Source: Klebsormidium nitens
Taxonomy: Eukaryota; Plantae; Klebsormidiophyceae
DNA: 64,000 nt
NCBI GenBank assembly: GCA_000708835.1
Contig: DF237071.1
Span: 62,001 to 126,000, forward strand
Direction: 5' to 3'
Position 1 is the first letter of the stretch; each line of letters opens with the position of its first letter. Below, one piece after another: positions 56,187 to 64,000 of the stretch. Made by a program: the position numbers and the translations under genes. Below the pieces are notes generated by a model, which searched no databases, was not told where the DNA came from, and saw nothing but the letters and a program-made list of their open reading frames with translations.

Positions 56187-57043
56187 GTACGGTACGGTGG
56201 AATCCAACACATTCCCTACTTTAGGTACCGGTACTACTTCGTACTTACATTCTTGCTTGTATCGGTATGACCTGACTCCTGAGCTCTTCAGCTGGAGCAT
56301 CGGGACTGCTGTAGGTACCGGTAATGACAGCCTGTGTACCAAATGCTGGCTTGAATCCCCCAAAATTTTGGCGGAACAGTTTTGAAGCAGGACTGGCAGG
56401 TCTCACCCACCCAAGTGCGCGTCGGATGAAAACGAATAATCAAGCTCTAAGTTTGCGGATATGGCGCCACATTCAATGCTGCATCATAGAGGCCAGCTCA
56501 GACTCTTAGCGCCTGCTCTCATGGCCCGGACAATTAGCGGAGGAGACGTCCTGTATCCAGATGGGCCGCAGTGGCAAACGAGAAAAACCCATGAGTATTC
56601 CTGGGTCCGCTCTCTGAACCCGACAGAGCTGAGGCAGAGCTGCGGCCTAATTTCGACTAACCTCGACTTACTACCCTGATTTCGCAGCTCGCACGCAGCT
56701 AGGACGCATAAAGGTAGCAGTTTTGTGTTAAGCTAATCTGGGTTATGTCAGTCAGGGTTTCCCATGAAGCTGTGAAACAGCCCGAAACTGGGCAATGAGC
56801 TGGCCAGCCTAAACCGTACACACCGGCTGCAGCCTCCACACTCCCCTGCGGATTATGATGAGGCCCTCAGCCCTTACAATTAGGTAGTACGTGACACGTG
56901 TTCCTCCAGGGTACTACATTGTACAGCTCAGTCGATTCCGGATTGTGGGTAGACAACAATTAAAGCGAACGTACAGACAAGCTGGAGTCGAGACTTCGGG
57001 ACGGGCTCGTGAGGTTCGAGCTGCAGTCTGCTGGGCCTAGTAC
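56187..57043. promoter_or_regulatory. Second GTAC-dense region, upstream of the 30-Cys gene
   Basis: GTAC at 56187, 56192, 56225, 56231, 56241, 56315, 56336, 56887, 56911, 56921, 56971 and 57040. A probable 5' UTR intron runs 57260-58154. Confidence 0.35.
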
Positions 57044-58162
57044 ATAAGCTGGAGACAACATTCACTTTTGCCATTCTCAAATTAAACTCGCTATTTTCTT
57101 CAGCATTTCTTCAGGACGCAAGCTGCCATCCAGCTACATTCGCATTCGAAAAACACCACTGCCCTTAGCTTTTAAAAGCCACCTTCCTTTTTCCAGAGCC
57201 AACCGTCCGCGCCTCCAATTTCCCTGTCCCGACGCTTCCGGCCGCAAATCGTTTTTCCGGTGAGTGGTTTGTTTGCTTTGTTGCCCGCTGTAAAGCTGGG
57301 GAAGTTCATATCTCCTGGTGTGAAGTTAATGGGTCCGCATATAATTTGCTCAATTTACACTGCTCTTGGACAGTGACGGTGGCACGCGGGCGTGGGAACT
57401 GCCTTGCTTCACTTTCTCATACTCAGCATTGAGAATGCAGTGAGGGACAGGTCATAATGGGTGGACTTTAAGATCGTTCAAAGACGTGTGTCCAGCTGTG
57501 GACATAAGACTCTTGTTCATTCGCTGGCAAAGTGGCTGTACCTTTTTGGCTGTGGAATATACAGTAGTGGCAAGAGCATTCCTAGTACATCTTGAGTTTC
57601 GTTTAGCTGCTTTCTGATCTTCAAGGTTTTTAAGTCAGTTCCGAGTTTTCAGGAGTAGTAAGACAGGCTATTCTGGAGACTGGCAAGAACTAGAACAGTC
57701 AACGCTGGTGAGGAAAGTCAATTTGGAGTACAAATACCAACTTTTATTTCATCGGGATGTTCATTGAGAATTCAAGGTGGATGCTATGATTAAAGATGCG
57801 GAACTTGCAAACTGTTTGCAACCTCATGAAGCTAGAACTAGCGTCCACTCACGAGTTGTCTAAGCTTACTTTCCAGCTCCCTTTGTCAAGGAGTCGGCAC
57901 ACATTGTTTTGTAAGTGTGTCTTCACTTCTGTATCTAGGTTTGAAATATCTTTTAGCCGTCTATCGTAGAAGAGTTAACATGACCAAGAGCATATAAAGT
58001 AACAATGCTGGGAGAAGTAGGCTAAGTCCGGAAGTTAACTGGGTGTAGGTACAGAGCGCATGAGGTACAGACTATTTTCCGTGTCATTCTAGGCTTACCG
58101 TTTGATTTCCGCATTTAAGAATCTTCCTTGGAATCATCTCTTCTCCATCTGCAGACGTCACA

Positions 58163-60434
58163 ATGGCACGTGCCCTGTTCGCCCTCCTGCTCCTCTCCGC
58201 TCTCGCCCTCTCATCTGCCAACACGTGTCCCTCCACCGGGGGCTGCCCCACGACGGCTCCCAAGTGCACTAACTGCCCCAACTGTGAAACCACCATTACT
58301 TGCACGTGCAAGCCCAACCCCGCCCCCACGTGTCCTTCTCTCACGTGCGGGACCGTCTCTGGTCCTGACGGCTGTGGCGGATCGGTGAGGTTTCATTTGT
58401 TTGTTGACCACTTCTGCCAAGCGCAAGTTAGGAACGGGTGGAGATAGTGAGGGGGTGGAAGACGGGCAGTGTATTTTGTGGGTTTTAGTTTTGATGATGA
58501 ATTTGCTCTGCTATATTGCGAGCGTATCATAACCATTCCAAAGAGTTGCTCTGGTTAAGCAAACTCGCAGAACGAGAGCGCTCAAAGCATTCTGCCCCGC
58601 ATCCTGCTCGCCGTTTGTTCGCAAGTTCCTTCTGTAGTCTTTTCTTCTCCCCTTTTTCGCCCTATCTTTAAGACAAATGTTTTTAGGCTCCTGTAATCCT
58701 CACCCTCCTGAAAGCAGCTGTTTCATCAAAAGCGGCTCCCGTTCTGAGTCGTCTTGTAGCCGTCAGATACAAGCTTTGACTCATCGTTCCCTCCGCCTCT
58801 GAATGAGGGTTCAGGCGCACGCTTGTGGAAAAGCGGTCCCACCCTTTTGGAATGATCAGCATTCTCTGTTGTGGATAAATGCTCCGTTCTCCTGTTTCAA
58901 GTTCGATCCCTCCTTCTCTGATTAGCAAAGTCTCCTAGCTCCATTGTGAATCAATGTTCCGTTCCCCTCTGCAAAATCCGTTTTCCTTTAATTGCAACAG
59001 TACTCTCTCCTAAACAATTTTACCAAATTATCCGATATATTATAACTCCACTATTACTAATCTGTCCTTTCTCCTCTCTGAAATTACGTTTTATTTTTCC
59101 TCTACCCAGGTCTCGTCCAACTGCCAGTGCCCCAGCGGTTACGCTTGCCAAGGCTCCGGCAAGTGCTGCGAGACTAGCTGCAAGACCACCGTGACGTCAT
59201 CCACCGGTCAGAAGTACACCTTGAATGGAACTTGCGCTTCGACCCAGCCCGCCAACACTATCAAGGGCGGCCCCTGCTCTTCGGGCTGCGGAACCTGCTA
59301 CATCTCTAGTTTCGACCCCAACCGTGAGCATTCTTACTAATTCTCGAGGGAGTCTTTCTCTTCTCGATATCCATACTTTGCGCTTCAACCCCAACCGTGA
59401 GCAGTCTTCCTTTTCGAGGATCATATCAGCATTCTTCCTTTTCCAGGTCCACATTTTCAGCTTCGACTTTACAAGAAGGGCTTTCGGTTCATGATCCACA
59501 GTCCACTTTCCGGATCTCAAACGTCATAAACCGTCTATTTTCGAGTTCTGTGCTGTAAGATGCATCCCCAAGCGTGAGACCTCTCTTTTCGAGTTCCATG
59601 TTTTGAGCTTCGACTTACGCCAATTGTCAAAGTTTCTCGTTGGAGATCCGTTCTTTTGGCTTCGATATCAACCGTGAGGGTTTTATCTTTGAAAGATCCA
59701 CACTTCCTGAGCTTTGAATTCGATCGTTAGAATTCCCACTCGTCGAGACCCGTACTGTCTTCAGCTTCAATACCAACCGTAAAAATCGTCTCTTGTCGAA
59801 AATAATTGACCAATATTCAACTCCACATCATGAGAATGTTCACTTTTCAACTTTTCAACCTCCATTTTAAATTGAGCTTCGACATACGCCAACCGTGGAA
59901 ATTCTCCTTTCTTGAAAATCAGTAGCAGCTTGTTAGGTAGAACTCGGCCCCGACCCCACGTACTTATTAAGCCCCATGCTTCGATACGGGCTTTATAAAG
60001 TGATGTATCAGTGATCCATTGAGCTTCAATTCATACTGTTAGAATCCTCCAATCTCGAGATCCGTTCTTTTAGCTTCGACCCCAACGGTGAAACCTTTCC
60101 CTTCACGAGATCCACATTCTCAGCTTCGATGCCTCCGTCGTTACCCCGACGAAACGAAACCCGTCGGTGTCGAGTCGCCAGCCCTCTTCTCACGCACGCC
60201 CTTCTTGACACCGCAGTTTGCCCCGCGACCCCCAACGGCCAGTGCTCCAAGACCGGCAAGTGCGGCTGCTTCGGCACCTATTCCGGCGGCAGTTGCGCGG
60301 CCAGCAACTTTTTGAGCCCCGTCCCGTCGCCCCTCCCCGGTAACGGCGGCGGCTGCCAGGAGAATCTCTGCAACGCGGTCGCCGCGCAGAACGGCATCAG
60401 CGCCGCGTGCTGCCCCTCCGGCTGCAAGAACTGA
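58163..60434 (+). CDS. Small secreted cysteine-rich protein (217 aa, 30 Cys), function unknown
   Basis: Exons 58163-58384, 59110-59323, 60217-60434; canonical GTGAG donors, phases consistent, total 654 nt. Signal peptide MARALFALLLLSALALSSA. Ten Cys per exon. Confidence 0.85.
59324..60140 (+). repeat. Decayed minisatellite derived from the exon-2 end and donor of the 30-Cys gene
   Basis: About 8-9 variants of (g/c)ttcgaccccaacc|gtgag, e.g. near 59383, 59670, 59763, 59876 and 60073. Confidence 0.75.
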
Positions 60435-62337
60435 GGCGGCCCAGTCTAGTTCGCGTGGCGAGAATCTTATAACAGATTGAATGGCGGCGATAACGGAGGC
60501 GGCCCGGTCTAGTTCGCGTGTTGAGAAGGTGATTGCAGGTGGAACGGCGGCGAAACGGAGGCGGTTGAACTTATCAGCTTTGATGTAGAAGAGTTGTGAG
60601 AGTCGTAACGGTTTTGTAACGGGTTTTGGACGACGCGTGTCTGAGAATCGAATGACAGTTGTATTTAAGGCTTCGTTAACCCATTTTGGAGAGATTTCCT
60701 GCGAGCGTGTCTGAGAATTGATAGATGTAGCGTCGGCTTGGTAAACCAGTATGAGGGAGGGTTTTGCGAGCGTCATGTAAGCCTTCGGCCCTGATGCAGT
60801 TCTCCGGAGGTGGAAGGAGTTGACACTTTAGCTGCGCACTTACGAACCCTTTTGCGACGTAGCGCGCAGACCCTCGGTGGTTGTTGGTTTGAGAGTCCAG
60901 GTTTTAGTTCGATGTAGAGGTGTTGAGCCTAATTAAATCGAACGGCTTAAGCTGATGAGTTGAGTTCTTGACTCGGAGTCTGCTGAATTACGTACAGGAA
61001 CAGCAACTAATCTGAGATTCGCTAGCGCGATGAACTCACGTGTTGTATAGGTTTGGCAATTTATTGGTAATTGGAAATCGAGGGGCATCAGCTCCCTCTC
61101 AGTTGAGTATGAAACACATCTCTGACTTTCTAAGTAAGCGTCTGTGGTTTCAACCATAACTGTCGCTTACCGTACTCAGGCTGTAAGACTTCACTTGCCG
61201 GTCGGAATCTGGGATCCCCACTTCTAACTTAGTATGATTCTCGCATGTTGCATATTCTTAAATTCCATGTGCAGCCCGATCGCACAATATCGACGTAAGC
61301 AAGAATAAATGTAGAATTGCAATTTGATAACATTGAATTGGTGCTGATACTGCTTAGTGACATCCATGATATTTGCATGACAACGGAGATCCCCCAAGAT
61401 GTGTCATCTTCATGCAGGCTTCGCACATGGGCGGCGCGGCCCGGGCCATGATGCATGGCAATTCGCGCACGTTCGTATGCGGTAATCCAAATATATGTTG
61501 CATCGAACCGTTGAATCCGATCCGATCTCGCCCTTCGACGCGCGAACGGCCGCCTAAGTTCATAACTTTCTCGGCACATGAAGTAGGACATATATACTTG
61601 TCCCCATATATCCCAGTGCATGGCTGGCAGATTAAAATACGTTGACAAATGGTTGAGCAAGCTTGCTCAATGGACTCGAGTCAAGTTGACTGACATTGTA
61701 CGTTGCCTGCTGAACTTGCAGTTTTCCAACAGGACGTCACGCACATGACTCGAATAATGAATCATCGGCACGTACCGTCTGATTATCAGTTCCAATCTGA
61801 CTGTGATTCATATGCCACCGTCATGTCGGATTTTTTCGAATCAATTATTGGTCAGGCTATCAATGGCAAGGGCTTCTAACCGGATTTCGCTTGTTAAGTC
61901 ACAGTGACAGGTGGCTGCATGCATTGCACGACATCCAGCACGGCCAGCCCGAGTGCTAGCTTGTCTACATCCGCTGGTAAGTTCCCGGCCTGCCAGTGCC
62001 CAAAGCACCAAACAACATGTTCGCAAGAGTTGACAAATGATTGCACGTTAAACTGAAACCTACTTGCACTTAGTTCGCACGCTTTGCGCCATCGTCCGGC
62101 ACTAAAAGCTTATTCGCTACACTCGAACGACGCCTGCAGTCCTCACTTCTATACAGCTTGACAATCTGCGTGGCTGGCTGTGTCGCGGTCCCGGCTCCGT
62201 CTACAGTTTCGGTTAACAAGCCTGGCCACCGCTTCGTGCTGCAAACACAGCGCGCTAACCGCCTTGGTAACGTGGTCAACACGTGCCCTATGCGTCTATG
62301 GGGATTGGGTGTTAGAGGAGTCGGGGCGACCTAACTG

Positions 62338-63607
62338 TTATTCTCTCTCCACGGCTGCTGTCGAAGGCTTCCTGTCTGGGTTACGGGGCCGATCCTCGGT
62401 GGACTCTTCTTGTGGGCTCTTCAGTTGTAAAAGGAGCTTGGCGATGAAGTCGTCCCGATCCGGACCGGTCTGCCCCTCGACGATTTGCTGCGGAGAAAAT
62501 GAGGACTTTGATGCGTGCTCCAATGCATTTTAATGTCAACGGGCTTCGATCAAGGGCTCAGCTTAGCAAGAGCTCGTGGAGCCCACAAGGCTACGAAGCG
62601 CTAAACGGTAACCGAAAAACATCCGGTAAAAGAAACCCATTCAGTCCGCTAACCACCTTCACCCCTCACACATCCAATTCAGCAGCAACCCAGACGAGAA
62701 GCGATTGTTCATTGTCGTCGACTCCTTGCCATAGCCCTAGACAGCTACAAAGGACTCCATTGGGCGATGACTAGGAGAACAGAGCAATCAGAGACATCGA
62801 GTGACGTCAGCAAAACTCGTTTGCAGCCGCAATGTTAGTGCAAAAACATCCGCATCCCACTCAGCCTACTTTCTACAAAAACGCAAAGGACAGGAAAGGG
62901 CAATGGGAAAGCGACACTTTTAGATCCACTCACAACGACCCAGACACTTGCTCCTCCCTCGTCGTTCAATGCCACCGGCACCCCTGGAAAAATCATGTAA
63001 TCATGTGTTTTCAGAATCTCTACGGCCTTGAACGTTGCAAATTCACCGTTCTCAAGCAAGTCTTTTCATGATTCTCGTATCAAAGTTTTTCAAATCAGAG
63101 GGTTCGGGCGACTAACCTCCAATACTGGCACCACCCCTTGCTCTTTGACCGCTTCCAGATTCTCCGGGAAAGCGCACACGGCGTGAAGCACTCGAACGGC
63201 CGCCCGTTGCAGCCTCCTTTCGGACGACTTCAAATTTCGGACAAGCCACGGCGCCGCTCTTGCCTGGACAATCAACTGCACGAACGCGAGCGCATCGCTT
63301 ATGCTTTTTCCGCTAAAGGCCTGCTCCCCCCCCCCTTTTTCGGAGCTCTTTCGGAGCTCCGCAAGAGAACTAAAACCGCTCCCGTTACGATAAAAACCAC
63401 ACGGAAGGACCAGCGACGCGGATTATTCTGCATGCAAAGTCTGACGTTTCGACGATGACGAGAAAAGCTCGAGTCGTCGTACTCTACTGCAGACTGGGCT
63501 GTCAATCTCGCAACGACCGAAAGGCTTGACACATCAAACCCGTTGATCCTGGACCTCGTCCAAACCAATGAGGTATAGAGTAGTGGAGCTATCGCAACAC
63601 GTTCAAG
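62338..63607 (-). CDS. 3' part of a gene with ARM/HEAT-like helical repeats; upstream exons lie near or beyond the window edge
   Basis: Phase-0 exons 63446-63607 (tentative), 63117-63275 (LIVQARAAPWLVRNLKSSERRLQRAAVRVLHAVCAFPENLEAVKEQGVVPVLE) and 62338-62487 (QIVEGQTG...VERE*), with GT-AG boundaries. Confidence 0.55.
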
Positions 63608-63646
63608 CTGGGACGGTACCGGAACAGATGGTGGAGTTGAAAGATG

Positions 63647-63905
63647 TAAGACTGGATTTTGGACCATTTGATATCGGATGGGCAAACCCGAAATCAAAAT
63701 TCGGACTCAGTGAACGCAGTCTGCGGCTGCTCGTGCGCGTCTGTTCTTGTCGTCGCGTTTTGAAGTACCACTAGGGGACGAGCAGCGCGCGACAGCGTCA
63801 CACACGCGCGTGTGCAGCCGCAGACTGGTTCAGATAGTCCGAAATTATATATCGGCTTTGCCCGTCCGAAATCTAAATCGTCCGAAATTGGGCGCACCAG
63901 TCTTA
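63647..63905. mobile_element. About 260-bp imperfect foldback (MITE-like) element
   Basis: Ends TAAGACTGG / CCAGTCTTA; about 70-bp imperfect inverted arms with TCCGA/TCGGA submotifs (atcggatgggcaaacccgaaatcaaaattcggact versus the reverse complement of agtccgaaattatatatcggctttgcccgtccgaaat). Confidence 0.6.
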
Positions 63906-64000
63906 AGAGTTTACAGCAAAGTACAATCTGCTCTGAAGATTACTGATCCTTTTCTGAAACGGCAATGTTGTAGAATCAAAACTTTCATCAGCAATCTGCG

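Noticed and set aside
61229-61660. 143-aa minus-strand ORF
   Set aside because: Starts at a non-ATG codon, has AT-rich codon usage unlike the real exons here, and shows no recognisable motif.

Overview
Eukaryotic, intron-rich genomic DNA (GT-AG introns, GC3-rich exons). The plant-type PRMT4 and FRO genes point to a streptophyte green alga such as Klebsormidium; this is an inference. Hand-assembled, frame-consistent gene models, left to right: RPL7A (-, 7 coding exons, with a C/D snoRNA candidate in intron 3); PRMT4/CARM1 (+, 11 exons, divergent from RPL7A); a secreted, 8-exon beta-propeller resembling the bacterial zinc metallochaperone AztD (-), with a captured Mg-chelatase H fragment in intron 1 and a perfect ZDRE motif upstream; a 335-N gap; a secreted eight-cysteine-motif-like protein (-) divergent from an 18-exon ferric/cupric reductase FRO (+) across a GTAC-dense spacer; an 18-exon EF-hand + WD40 gene (+); a MITE; a secreted 30-Cys protein (+); and the 3' end of an ARM-like gene (-). 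Two things stand out. (1) A putative trace-metal acquisition neighbourhood at 16.2-37.3 kb: an AztD-like protein of probable bacterial origin, the 8CM-like protein and FRO, with Zn- and Cu-deficiency cis-elements. (2) Pervasive intronic 'exon echoes', i.e. tandem decayed copies of exon ends that include their splice sites. Family assignments come from motifs recognised by eye; no database searches were run.
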